A DNA stretch of 51,540 nucleotides, taken from IMG/VR virus record IMGVR_UViG_3300032203_000014, positions 1 to 51,540 of that record; one strand, 5' to 3'. Position numbers and translations under genes: made by a program. This DNA is from a virus. Taxonomy: Duplodnaviria > Caudoviricetes. Below the pieces are notes generated by a model, which worked only from the letters and a program-made list of their open reading frames with translations, did no database searches and was not told where the DNA came from. Shown in pieces: positions 18,235 through 26,608 of this stretch (the stretch's first letter is position 1; every line of letters begins with the position of its first letter).

Positions 18235-19109
18235 GCAGAATCAGCTTACCCTTCTATGACATTTATGGCGCCTTGATGTCATGGATTATCACCTCTGGCG
18301 TGGAAGAGAAGAACGTCAGGACCGGCCACCGTGTGAAGGTTGGGCGCGGGGGCACGTCCTTCCGCCTCGACTTGGCAGATGGCCTACTTCCCACGGCAGG
18401 CTTCCGCAAGCTCTTCCCCAAGAGCGCTGCTGCCGAAGTCGCATGGTTCCTTATGGGCACCCAGGATGCCACATTCATCCGCAAGTATGCTCCTTTGTGG
18501 GATAAGTTCGTGGAGCTTGTGGACATCAAGGGTGGCAAATGCCGGGAAGACCGGGTTGTCGAGGGTATCAAGGCGGCCTACGGCTATCGCTGGCGCACCC
18601 ACTTCGGCCGGGACCAGCTGATTGACGCAGTAAACGCGCTGTCAGCTGATCCGTCTGATCGCCGTTGTGTCGTCGTGGCCTGGGACCCAGCAGAAGACGG
18701 CTGCGGAGCCGAGGGGCAGAAGAACGTGCCATGCCCCATGGCCTATACCCTGTCAGTCACCAATGGCGAGCTGCATTCCAGCTTGTTCATCCGGTCCTCA
18801 GACGTCTTCGTCGGTCTGCCCTATGATGTCATGGGCCATGCTTTGCTGATGGACGCTATCGCGGCCTCTCTGCGGGTGAAGCGTGGCGTGATGCACATCA
18901 CCCTGGCTCATCCTCACCTCTATGAGGATCATTGGGAGATGGCTGCAGAGAGCCTTCGCCAGGAGCCCGTTGTGCCAAAGCTCCAGCTGCCCGGCTTCAA
19001 CCTGCGGCAGATCATCCGCGCCCCTGATGACTATGTGGAGCGTGTTGCCGCCGAAGCCAAGACAGTTGAATGGCCTGCCTTCAACCCCAAGCCTTTTATT
19101 GTGGAGTAA
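18231..19109 (+). CDS. Thymidylate synthase-family enzyme with dCMP-type active site (candidate dCMP methylase/hydroxymethylase)
   Basis: AYGYRWR, DQL, SDRR, catalytic PC (Cys168), RSSD..VGLPYD (Asp199), H.HLYEDH. Confidence 0.9.
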   Translation: MSRISLPFYDIYGALMSWIITSGVEEKNVRTGHRVKVGRGGTSFRLDLADGLLPTAGFRKLFPKSAAAEVAWFLMGTQDATFIRKYAPLWDKFVELVDIKGGKCREDRVVEGIKAAYGYRWRTHFGRDQLIDAVNALSADPSDRRCVVVAWDPAEDGCGAEGQKNVPCPMAYTLSVTNGELHSSLFIRSSDVFVGLPYDVMGHALLMDAIAASLRVKRGVMHITLAHPHLYEDHWEMAAESLRQEPVVPKLQLPGFNLRQIIRAPDDYVERVAAEAKTVEWPAFNPKPFIVE

Positions 19110-19112
19110 GCA

Positions 19113-19604
19113 ATGACTGAAGCCCCGATACGCCGGTCCCAAGCTGAATGGGACGCTTTCTTCCTGGACTTTGCAGATAAAGTCGCCGCCCTGTCCAAGG
19201 ACCTGGACCGGCAGGTCGGGGCCGTCCTGGTATCCCAAGACAAGCGGCAACTGTCCATCGGCTATAATGGGTTCCCACCTGAAGTCGATGACTTGCCCTC
19301 TTTGCTGGCAGACAAGCAGTTCAAGCTGGCCAATATGGTGCATGCCGAGGAGAACTGCCTGCAGCAAACTCCTTTCAATCCAGCAAGCTGCACCATGTAC
19401 GTCACCAGGTTCCCTTGCCATCATTGTGCCGAAAAGATCATCAATGCAGGAGTCCGCCGTGTGGTATCTCCGGGGCCCGACCTCGGCCACGCGCGGTGGG
19501 GCTCGTCTTGGCAGACCTCTCTCAACAACTTCCGCCGCTTCTCGGTAGAAGTCACCTTTGTCGACGTCGTAGACCTCGATCAACTGGAGTTACCTTTAGC
19601 ATGA
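19113..19604 (+). CDS. dCMP deaminase (ComEB/T4 Cd-like)
   Basis: SKD..QVGAV, GYNGFP, HAEEN and PCHHC zinc motifs. Confidence 0.9.
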   Translation: MTEAPIRRSQAEWDAFFLDFADKVAALSKDLDRQVGAVLVSQDKRQLSIGYNGFPPEVDDLPSLLADKQFKLANMVHAEENCLQQTPFNPASCTMYVTRFPCHHCAEKIINAGVRRVVSPGPDLGHARWGSSWQTSLNNFRRFSVEVTFVDVVDLDQLELPLA

Positions 19605-20068
19605 AGAAACTCAACCTACTCATGGCTGTCTCCTTTGACGGCTTTGCGGCACGCGGGCCCGAGGACAATATGAACTGGACGGGCTACGAGGATAAGGCCC
19701 TGTTCAAAGCCCTCACCATGTCTTCACCTCACCCGCTGCTGGTAGGACGTCGGACCTTCGAGCAGATGCCCAAGCTCGAAGGGCGTGAACTGGTGCCGAT
19801 CAGCCGCAATCCTGAGCTCGGCATGTCTCTCGAGCGGGCGGCGGAGCTGTATCCCGGCGCCTGGCTTATCGGAGGCATGGAGGTCGCCCGAGCAGCGCTG
19901 CAGGCCGGCCTGGTCGGCTTGGTCTATCAGTCTCGTGTACCGGCCAAGCTGAAAGAAGGCATCCCTTGGCGGCCTCTGGAAAAGTTCCTGCAGAAGCAGA
20001 CCAAAACCGACTTCTGGATTGATACCGGCGTGCATGTGCGGGTCCATGGGGTGAATCGTGGCTCGTGA
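19601..20068 (+). CDS. folA: Dihydrofolate reductase
   Basis: MAVSFDG...MNW...DKALFKALT...VGRRTFEQMP.L.GR...IGG; ATGA overlap with the deaminase. Confidence 0.8.
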   Translation: MKKLNLLMAVSFDGFAARGPEDNMNWTGYEDKALFKALTMSSPHPLLVGRRTFEQMPKLEGRELVPISRNPELGMSLERAAELYPGAWLIGGMEVARAALQAGLVGLVYQSRVPAKLKEGIPWRPLEKFLQKQTKTDFWIDTGVHVRVHGVNRGS

Positions 20069-20510
20069 GGTTCGCCTATGGGAATGGCTCCGTGATGGGC
20101 TGAAGCCTGTCAAGGGCCTTCACATGCGGCGGGTGGAGAACCTGGTGAGTGAGGGCGATCCAGACGTAGATGGCTGCTGGAATGGCCGCTACTTCGAGCT
20201 GGAGCTCAAGGGCTGCGACCGGCCCGCACGTGGCGGCCTCCTCAACTTTGAGGTGCGGCAGTCCCAGGTTATATGGCACCGTAAGCGGTGGCGGTCCGGC
20301 GGCAACATCTGGCTCTATATAAGAGTAGGTAGGGGCCGTGAGACCAAGCGCTATCTGGTGAGCGGTGTCTATACCGGGCAGATCAAGGAGGGCGTAACAG
20401 AGGCACGACTGGCTGAACTGGCCGCCTTACCACCTGACCATACTCCACTGGAGATGCTTGAGCGGGCAGCGGTACGAATAGGTGACACGGCCCCTACTTC
20501 CGGCATATAA
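20058..20510 (+). CDS. PD-(D/E)XK nuclease, Holliday junction resolvase / VRR-NUC-like
   Basis: RVEN..SEGDPDVDG...FELELK...SQVIWH. Confidence 0.8.
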   Translation: MAREVRLWEWLRDGLKPVKGLHMRRVENLVSEGDPDVDGCWNGRYFELELKGCDRPARGGLLNFEVRQSQVIWHRKRWRSGGNIWLYIRVGRGRETKRYLVSGVYTGQIKEGVTEARLAELAALPPDHTPLEMLERAAVRIGDTAPTSGI

Positions 20511-20530
20511 CACATTCCCATCAATCCGAG

Positions 20531-20554
20531 AGCCCCGAAAGGGGCTTTTTCTTT
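20531..20554 (+). terminator. Rho-independent terminator
   Basis: AGCCCC-GAAA-GGGGCT followed by TTTTCTTT. Confidence 0.85.
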
Positions 20555-20593
20555 GCCTCGAAAAAAATATTTAATTTATTTGCCATCAGGGGG

Positions 20594-20622
20594 CTCCCAA
20601 CAAGGGATTGTTGTGTTAATAT
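20594..20622 (+). promoter_or_regulatory. Phage promoter family member (CTCCCA-N17-TAATAT)
   Basis: Family consensus; AT-rich UP-like tract upstream. Confidence 0.6.
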
Positions 20623-20659
20623 CTAATCATACCAACGAGCAACACGAAAGGAACACGAT

Positions 20660-20881
20660 ATGAACAAAGACCAAGCCATCGAAAAGATGATCCAGCGTAA
20701 AGTGAAGGGCGGCTGCAATGAAGTGCTGGCGCGCCGAGAGCTCAACTCCTTGATCGCCGATGCTGGCAAATACAGAGCTTCGGGTGAGGTGAGCTTGGCA
20801 CTGGACCTTGAGCATAACGGCTTCGCGGCTTCCGCCAAGGGCGCAGCCAAAATGGCTTCGATCGTACTGCCCACCGCTTAA
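20660..20881 (+). CDS. Hypothetical protein
   Basis: AAAGGA RBS directly after the promoter. Confidence 0.65.
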   Translation: MNKDQAIEKMIQRKVKGGCNEVLARRELNSLIADAGKYRASGEVSLALDLEHNGFAASAKGAAKMASIVLPTA

Positions 20882-21001
20882 CCCCTTGAACCAACGCATT
20901 GCGTGAGAATGATGGGTTGTTTGGGCACTACATCTCCCCACCAACCCGTCTATAATGAAACCTACGGCACAACTGCCTTAACCTTGATTTTGGAGAATAC
21001 C

Positions 21002-21670
21002 ATGACCTTGAACCTTGAAGCCCTTAACATGATGACCCTTGTTGCTATCCACAACTCGATCAGCGATAAGCCTGCAGCCATGAAGACCTTTTCCCAACGT
21101 TCCAAAGCGGTCGCCCGCATTGAGAAGATCGCCGCTGAAAAAGGCATCGACCTCAGCGAGCGCTTTGAAGCCGATGGCCAAGTAAAGGTTACCAAGACGG
21201 TAGACCTCATGCCAGCAGATACCAAAGAAGAGACCACGCCGGCCAATGGCCTCTCTTCCACGCTCGCTCAGTTGGGTAGCGCAGGCAAAGCCACCGCCAA
21301 GCCGAAGGCTGACAAGCCGGCCAATGGCCTCTCTTCCATGCTCGCTCAGTTGGGTAGCGCAGGCAAAGCCACCGCCAAGCCGAAGGCTGACAAGCCGGCA
21401 GCAAAGCGGGCCGAGAAGGCTGAAAATAAAGAGAAGGGCCCGGTCATTCGAGTTGTGGCAGAAGCCTTGCTGTTGGAAGTCATTACTCACGATGAGGATG
21501 GGCGCCCGTACGGCCACCCGTACGACGTCATTCTCAACAAGATTCATGAGCAGTTCCCCGAGAGCAAGACGTCGGTAGCTTGCCTCCGCTGGTATGCTGT
21601 CCACATGCGTGAAAGAGACGAGCGAGTGCCCAACCGCCGGCGGGCAGTTGCCAAGAAGGCTGCCGAGTAA
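21002..21670 (+). CDS. Hypothetical protein with internal 26-aa duplication and C-terminal shared helical module
   Basis: GGAG RBS; TATAAT at 20951; FPESKTSVACLRWY resembles the module in 15496 and MuF. Confidence 0.7.
   Translation: MTLNLEALNMMTLVAIHNSISDKPAAMKTFSQRSKAVARIEKIAAEKGIDLSERFEADGQVKVTKTVDLMPADTKEETTPANGLSSTLAQLGSAGKATAKPKADKPANGLSSMLAQLGSAGKATAKPKADKPAAKRAEKAENKEKGPVIRVVAEALLLEVITHDEDGRPYGHPYDVILNKIHEQFPESKTSVACLRWYAVHMRERDERVPNRRRAVAKKAAE
21238..21399 (+). repeat. 78-bp tandem duplication (2 copies, 1 mismatch)
   Basis: Units start at 21238 and 21316; encode PANGLSS[T/M]LAQLGSAGKATAKPKADK. Confidence 0.95.
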
Positions 21671-21807
21671 TGCGGCGCGGGGTACCGATCAGACACAGGT
21701 GCCCTCACGGGCTCCATACGCAAGAATGCTTTACTTGTGTAGGAGCTCGTGAAGCGGCAAATGATTATGCACGAAGAAAGCGGGCAGAAAAGCCCAAGGA
21801 GAGCAAT

Positions 21808-22086
21808 ATGGCAAAGATGATGACAATTGTAGTGGGCGGGCGCTATCATGATGGCGCCGTCAAAGCGACGGCAAAGCTCAAGAAGGGCGAGGAGCTGTGG
21901 CTCATTCGGGAGACCAACAACCCGCATGACAAGAACGCGGTGGCGGTGCATACTGCGGAAGGGCAGAAGCTGGGCTATGTGCCTCGGCAGGACGCTCCTG
22001 CTATCACCAAGGTGCTCGACACCGAAGTCCCCTGCAAGGCGACTGTTCGCGTCGCCGGCAGCACCAGCATTGATATTACTTGGTAA
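21808..22086 (+). CDS. HIRAN-domain protein
   Basis: VVGGRY...L.LIRETNNPHDKNAVAV...KLGYVPR; AAGGAG RBS; an alternative start at 21670 would add a Cys/His-rich extension. Confidence 0.85.
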   Translation: MAKMMTIVVGGRYHDGAVKATAKLKKGEELWLIRETNNPHDKNAVAVHTAEGQKLGYVPRQDAPAITKVLDTEVPCKATVRVAGSTSIDITW

Positions 22087-22099
22087 ATAGGAGAACACC

Positions 22100-22447
22100 A
22101 TGAGCAACGACAACCAACGAGACGACGACCTGCCAGAGGGCCTTTCTGACGAAGCCTTTATGCAAGTTATTGCCGCCTTGACTCGTGGCGGGAAATGCTC
22201 CCACGCCAAACATCTTAAGCACCTTTTGCAGGTGATTGGCGCTCACTTGCTTCAAGTGGAAGGAGGCAGGATTGAAGTCGACATGACTGTCCTGACGGAG
22301 GAGTCTACCCGCGATAAAGGTGTCATCATGTACGCCCTCAAGGACCACCCGGACGTGGTGGTCATTGAGCTGAGCAACGAGGAGCCCGGCGAGAAGGCCA
22401 AAGAGCCGCCGGTCTTCATCCACGCCACTTCCAAAGGAGTCCACTAA
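22100..22447 (+). CDS. Hypothetical protein
   Basis: AGGAG RBS. Confidence 0.65.
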   Translation: MSNDNQRDDDLPEGLSDEAFMQVIAALTRGGKCSHAKHLKHLLQVIGAHLLQVEGGRIEVDMTVLTEESTRDKGVIMYALKDHPDVVVIELSNEEPGEKAKEPPVFIHATSKGVH

Positions 22448-22641
22448 TGAAGGCGATTCTATCCGCGGTAGCGGTGGCCGCCATCGCTCTCTTGTTTGCT
22501 TGGGGTATTACGGTGTGGGCCGATATGCCTCTCGTCTACAAGAGCTGGTCCACCCAGGAATGCGTCAAGGTGGAAGATCCTGCAGGAAAGTACTCCTGCG
22601 ACAACCTGCCCGGCCGGTATGAGCTGGTCTGGGCCAAATAA
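22447..22641 (+). CDS. Small membrane-anchored/secreted protein
   Basis: N-terminal hydrophobic helix; two Cys; AAGGAG RBS. Confidence 0.65.
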   Translation: MKAILSAVAVAAIALLFAWGITVWADMPLVYKSWSTQECVKVEDPAGKYSCDNLPGRYELVWAK

Positions 22642-22651
22642 GGAGTAAACC

Positions 22652-22885
22652 ATGCGCCCGTCGACGATCATGCTTTGCCTTGTAGTAGTTTCTGCCTTGT
22701 ATGTAGGAGGCTCTGCCGCTCGTGCTTTGTGGTTGTCACTGGGCGAGGTCGGCCACCGCCTTGCTTGTGTCACGGCTCAGATTGATGGGCAAGAGGCAGA
22801 AGAGGGCGGCTTGGCCTGCACCAAAGCTAAAAAGCCTTCCGAGCGCGGCCTGTTCGCTCAATCCCGGGCTGTTCAGGCGAGCTAG
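22652..22885 (+). CDS. Small membrane protein
   Basis: AAGGAG RBS; N-terminal hydrophobic segment. Confidence 0.55.
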   Translation: MRPSTIMLCLVVVSALYVGGSAARALWLSLGEVGHRLACVTAQIDGQEAEEGGLACTKAKKPSERGLFAQSRAVQAS

Positions 22886-22961
22886 GTTGATTAAGGTGGC
22901 CTTGGCCCAGGTGCTTAGCAGCGCTACATGATCCGAGCTGCCTACGGCTCACCTGAAGCTT

Positions 22962-22999
22962 AAAAAGACGCCCTCCATAGCCTACTATGGAGGGCGTTA
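22962..22999 (-). terminator. Terminator between the convergent early and lysis/late operons
   Basis: 13-bp stem ACGCCCTCCATAG-CCTA-CTATGGAGGGCGT with an A-tract on its left side. Confidence 0.8.
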
Positions 23000-23054
23000 A
23001 AGTATCCGGACGGCGAAGGAGAGCAGCCGTGGACCGCCCGGAGGGCCTTTCGGC

Positions 23055-23327
23055 TTACTTGGTCACGAACTCCTTGATACCCAGCCATGCGGCGGCAAGG
23101 AGGCCTGAGACTATGACGCCCGTGGCGGCGAGCGCCCCTTTACTCTTTATCGACTCCGTGGCCTGCCGCCACTCACGAAGGTGCTGGAAGTCCCGCTGGA
23201 CTTCAATCGGGTCATCAATCTTGACGCCCAGCATGAGAAACGTTTCTCGCACAGTCTCACGTATGACTGTCCGGGCCTCCTCCGCAGTAATGTTCTGCAG
23301 AGGCGGACGTGGTTGTTGGTCGCTCAC
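23055..23327 (-). CDS. Small membrane protein at the end of the lysis cassette
   Basis: C-terminal TM helix GALAATGVIVSGLLAAAWLGI; ATGA-type overlap with the o-spanin. Confidence 0.7.
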   Translation of the reverse strand: MSDQQPRPPLQNITAEEARTVIRETVRETFLMLGVKIDDPIEVQRDFQHLREWRQATESIKSKGALAATGVIVSGLLAAAWLGIKEFVTK

Positions 23328-23629
23328 TTGGCCCCCTCCGTAGTGCGCTGTTCACGATAGAATCTGATCTGATAAGCCGCCTCGCTTATCCAGCGGGTAA
23401 GGTCTGCCACGTTTCTGGACAGAGCCTCATACCCGCGACTGGTCAAGGCAAACAGGGCTTCGCCTTCCACCTCGACAACCTGCCATTGCACTGACTCCAT
23501 TTTAACGGGAGCCGGTTCCGGCAGCACTGCCAGCGGGGGCTGCTTGGGCAGTTCCGGCACCGGTTCCTTCTGAGGCAGACTCGAGCAGCCGCAGAGCGCG
23601 ATCAGTGCCAGCATTGACACGGTTTTCAA
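23324..23629 (-). CDS. Rz1: Outer-membrane spanin (lipoprotein)
   Basis: Lipobox ALCGC; Pro-rich; overlaps the 3' end of Rz; start placed at a TTG (uncertain). Confidence 0.75.
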   Translation of the reverse strand: MKTVSMLALIALCGCSSLPQKEPVPELPKQPPLAVLPEPAPVKMESVQWQVVEVEGEALFALTSRGYEALSRNVADLTRWISEAAYQIRFYREQRTTEGAK

Positions 23630-23975
23630 TAAGCCCCGGCTTACGCTTGGCGAGCGCGCCGAGGTCATGCTTGGATAGGACATCCTTGAGCTCCCTCTGG
23701 TAATGGCTCGCCTCACGCTGCGCCTGGGTAAATTGGTTTAGGGCTTCGCGTTGGGTTTCCGCTGCTTTATCCCACGTGTCGATTGTCTTTTCGAATGCTT
23801 CTGCTCGAGCCTTCTCCCGAGCAACGTCTGCCGTAAGAGCAGAGACACGGGTGGAGAGCTCAACCTTGGCCTCGACCAAGCCATTATAGTGCCGGTAGCC
23901 CAGGAAGACGGCGGTAGCGCTTGCCGCCACGACCGCCGTCCAGATGCCGATCTTCGTCCAGTTAATGGCGATCAT
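23502..23975 (-). CDS. Rz: Inner-membrane spanin
   Basis: N-terminal TM helix then coiled coil; downstream of the endolysin. Confidence 0.8.
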   Translation of the reverse strand: MIAINWTKIGIWTAVVAASATAVFLGYRHYNGLVEAKVELSTRVSALTADVAREKARAEAFEKTIDTWDKAAETQREALNQFTQAQREASHYQRELKDVLSKHDLGALAKRKPGLIENRVNAGTDRALRLLESASEGTGAGTAQAAPAGSAAGTGSR

Positions 23976-23987
23976 GGCTTCTGCTCC

Positions 23988-24482
23988 TTAGCGGTAGACC
24001 ATAGACGGCAGTTCAAAATGGGGACCGTCTAGGAAGGCTTTCAGCCCCTTGGCGCGGCGACGGGCAGCATAGTCGGCCACGGCGTCTTCCGGGTCTCCAA
24101 TCTCCGCCAGGGGCACGTCCCAGACACCGCCCCAGCGCACAGGCACTTTCTCGGCAATGCTTGCAGCCTGCATGGCCTGGGCGACCTTGTAGCAGAGAGG
24201 CCAGTCCCACCGCAGCTCGGCTTTGCCGTCGCCATCAAAGTCGATAAGTGGCACCAGGTCGACAGCGTGGCCGACCCCGTTGCGGTTAGGAATGTGGCGA
24301 GAGTCCATGGTGCGACTGGCACCCTGAGCCACCAGTTGGCGTTGGCGGGCTTCGGTACGCAGGCCTTCAAAGACCTGGAAGTCGACAGTCGTCAGGGCGA
24401 TGGCGTGCTCGACAACCCGGACGAGGTCCGGGTGCACACCTTTGAGATTGGAACGGGATTTAGTCCCGAGAATGAAAGTCAT
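23988..24482 (-). CDS. Endolysin, M15-family (L-Ala-D-Glu) peptidase
   Basis: GVHPDL, EGLRT..RQ, SRH...GHAVDL, RWGGVW and DGPHFEL motifs. Confidence 0.9.
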   Translation of the reverse strand: MTFILGTKSRSNLKGVHPDLVRVVEHAIALTTVDFQVFEGLRTEARQRQLVAQGASRTMDSRHIPNRNGVGHAVDLVPLIDFDGDGKAELRWDWPLCYKVAQAMQAASIAEKVPVRWGGVWDVPLAEIGDPEDAVADYAARRRAKGLKAFLDGPHFELPSMVYR

Positions 24483-24793
24483 GGCATATCCTCCACAATA
24501 GGGCTAGCAGGAGCCTTGGAGGCTTGATTGCGTGCCGGATACCGGGAAGCTACTGCGGCAGAGCCCATGATCCTCTTGGTGGCAACATCTTCCCACGTAG
24601 CGCCAAATACATAGCTGCCCACGATGCCGATGAGAGTCAAGAAAGCCATGGTCATGGCAGTGTCTGCAGGCCCGGTGTCCAGATCCCGAATGAGGATATA
24701 CCCAACGACGAGCATGCAAAAGCCCGACACCACAAACATAAAGCGGCGCCGGACTGCCCAGCAAAAATGCTCCTCGGTGGGTTGTTTAGCCAC
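24479..24793 (-). CDS. Putative holin
   Basis: Two TM segments; directly upstream of and overlapping the endolysin; GTG start after GGAG. Confidence 0.65.
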   Translation of the reverse strand: MAKQPTEEHFCWAVRRRFMFVVSGFCMLVVGYILIRDLDTGPADTAMTMAFLTLIGIVGSYVFGATWEDVATKRIMGSAAVASRYPARNQASKAPASPIVEDMP

Positions 24794-24865
24794 GACAGCT
24801 CCAAGACGTTGATAATAATGTCTTGAATAATGCCAGCACTGGCAGGCGAAGTACGCCATTGCTCG

Positions 24866-25231
24866 TTAGACGGCTACTCCAGCAGTCCAGACTCCTGCAA
24901 GGAATGTTGTCCGCAGACCTTCATCTTCAACCAATACTGAATAGCCGGTGCGGGGCTTGTAGAACTCCCAGGCCTCGCCAGACCATATTGCCAGGTTGTT
25001 GTCACGGCCTTCCCAGGCATCAAGGGCAGCTTCGGCCACTAGGTAACCGTCTCCCGCTTCTGGGGCATGAGACAGGGTTGTCGGGTCAGTTACGGCGCGG
25101 CTCTTTACAACCGGGTGGAATCCGACCCGCCCGATCAAGAGCAGGTTGTGATCCATACCAGTATTCCAGCCGTTTTCGCCATAGCCCCACCCATAAAGCA
25201 GATTAGAGCGAGGCTCAAGTTTTCCAGGCAT
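24866..25231 (-). CDS. DUF2793-like tail fibre-associated protein
   Basis: GDGYLVA..A.DAWEG.DNNLAIW.GEAWEFYKP..G pattern. Confidence 0.75.
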   Translation of the reverse strand: MPGKLEPRSNLLYGWGYGENGWNTGMDHNLLLIGRVGFHPVVKSRAVTDPTTLSHAPEAGDGYLVAEAALDAWEGRDNNLAIWSGEAWEFYKPRTGYSVLVEDEGLRTTFLAGVWTAGVAV

Positions 25232-25246
25232 TTCAATTCTCCTATA

Positions 25247-26599
25247 TTAAGGGGACGCAGGGATGACTGCATCTTCAAGTTGTACAACCTCGGAGCCTTC
25301 GCCAACACAATACACGATAGCCGGCTCAGTATTGGTCACCAGGAGCTCGAAGGCCCCTGATACTCCGCTTTTTGCTTCCGCGATAGTGCGGCCAGTACGA
25401 CGATTTATGGCCCTAACCATACGCTCGAGCGGGGCACCAGTGTCCTTGTCCTTCACTACACCAGCGAACCGGCGCAAGGCCCCTCCAGGCATTATGCCGA
25501 TAGTCGTTCCGCTAAAGAAGAATCCCAGATTATATGGAACACCTATCATGCTGACCGTTTTGTCTGGATTTACGCGGAACATAATGGGCCCGGCTCCGAC
25601 CTTGTTTGGGGGATAAAATGTCGCACTAGCTGATGTAGTAGCAATATATAGGATCAACAGGTCAGAACCCATCCAGTATGCGACCCTATCAGTGCCATTA
25701 GTGGATGTCCCATAAGGCCAGGTATCTTTTGTGAGCACCTTCGGGGCCTCGGGGTTAGATATGTCTAAAAAGTTAAAACGATTAGTTCCCGAGGTATCTC
25801 CGGTTATAAACATCGTATTACCATCGGAGCTTATTTCCATAAGGCGCCTAGAATCGCTACTAGACAGCCCTAAACGTGCGAACGGCAGAGAATGCCATTG
25901 CCAGTTGGAGGTGTCAAAATACCCAAAATACCTAGCAGTGGAAGAACTATAGTATGATATGGCCCACAGCTTAGTCCCGTCTGGAGAGAAGCAGAGACCC
26001 GTGGCACAAGTGACTGACAAAGCGCCACCGGTTCCCTCAGATACAGGTATCTGAAGCAATTCAACTCTCGTCGCTCCTGTGAGCAGGTTATATACGAAAA
26101 TGCCATTATCAGTACGCGTTGCCGATGAGGCATAGTTGAGCGCCAAATACCGGCCATCAGGAGAATATGTGGCCAAATTTACAGCTACTCCCGGAGACGG
26201 TGCTACGTCAGTAAGCTTCGCCCCTGACCTAGAATAGCGGCTAACAAAAGGAGCCGTCGCATGGCAGACGGTGAACTCGGTACTGTCGGGGCGCCAAGCC
26301 AGAGCTTCTGTTACCGGGTCTCCGGGAGTGGGAATTGCTACGGCCTCCAGAGTCCCCGTAGGCACATCCAATATTTGCGTACGCAGAAGAGCGGTTGAAC
26401 TTAGTGTCAGGGCTATCTTCAGCCCGTCCGGAGAAGGCTTTATGTTTTCCCAGTCATCGGAATGTGCAGACAGTCTAGTATTCCCCGGCGTGAAAGCGGG
26501 GCTGCCCAATCCGGGCTGCAGGGGCTGACGTACGCCTGGCACCCCGTTGCCAGAGCCCTGAGTATAGATAATGTCCCCTGGAAGGAAATTGTTTTGCAT
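25247..26599 (-). CDS. Putative receptor-binding protein (beta-propeller-like repeats)
   Basis: Repeated SPDG/RPDS blade motifs (PSPDGLK, WRPDSTE, YSPDGRY, FSPDGTK, ISSDGNT); position after the tail tip gene; visibly lower GC. Confidence 0.65.
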   Translation of the reverse strand: MQNNFLPGDIIYTQGSGNGVPGVRQPLQPGLGSPAFTPGNTRLSAHSDDWENIKPSPDGLKIALTLSSTALLRTQILDVPTGTLEAVAIPTPGDPVTEALAWRPDSTEFTVCHATAPFVSRYSRSGAKLTDVAPSPGVAVNLATYSPDGRYLALNYASSATRTDNGIFVYNLLTGATRVELLQIPVSEGTGGALSVTCATGLCFSPDGTKLWAISYYSSSTARYFGYFDTSNWQWHSLPFARLGLSSSDSRRLMEISSDGNTMFITGDTSGTNRFNFLDISNPEAPKVLTKDTWPYGTSTNGTDRVAYWMGSDLLILYIATTSASATFYPPNKVGAGPIMFRVNPDKTVSMIGVPYNLGFFFSGTTIGIMPGGALRRFAGVVKDKDTGAPLERMVRAINRRTGRTIAEAKSGVSGAFELLVTNTEPAIVYCVGEGSEVVQLEDAVIPASP

Positions 26600-26608
26600 T
26601 AAATACTC

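Noticed and set aside
18231-19109. dUMP hydroxymethylase of a thymidine-hypermodification pathway (YuA/M6 type)
   Set aside because: No hydroxymethyluracil kinase or aGPT-Pplase2-type genes seen; DHFR is present; the active-site Asp points to cytosine substrates.
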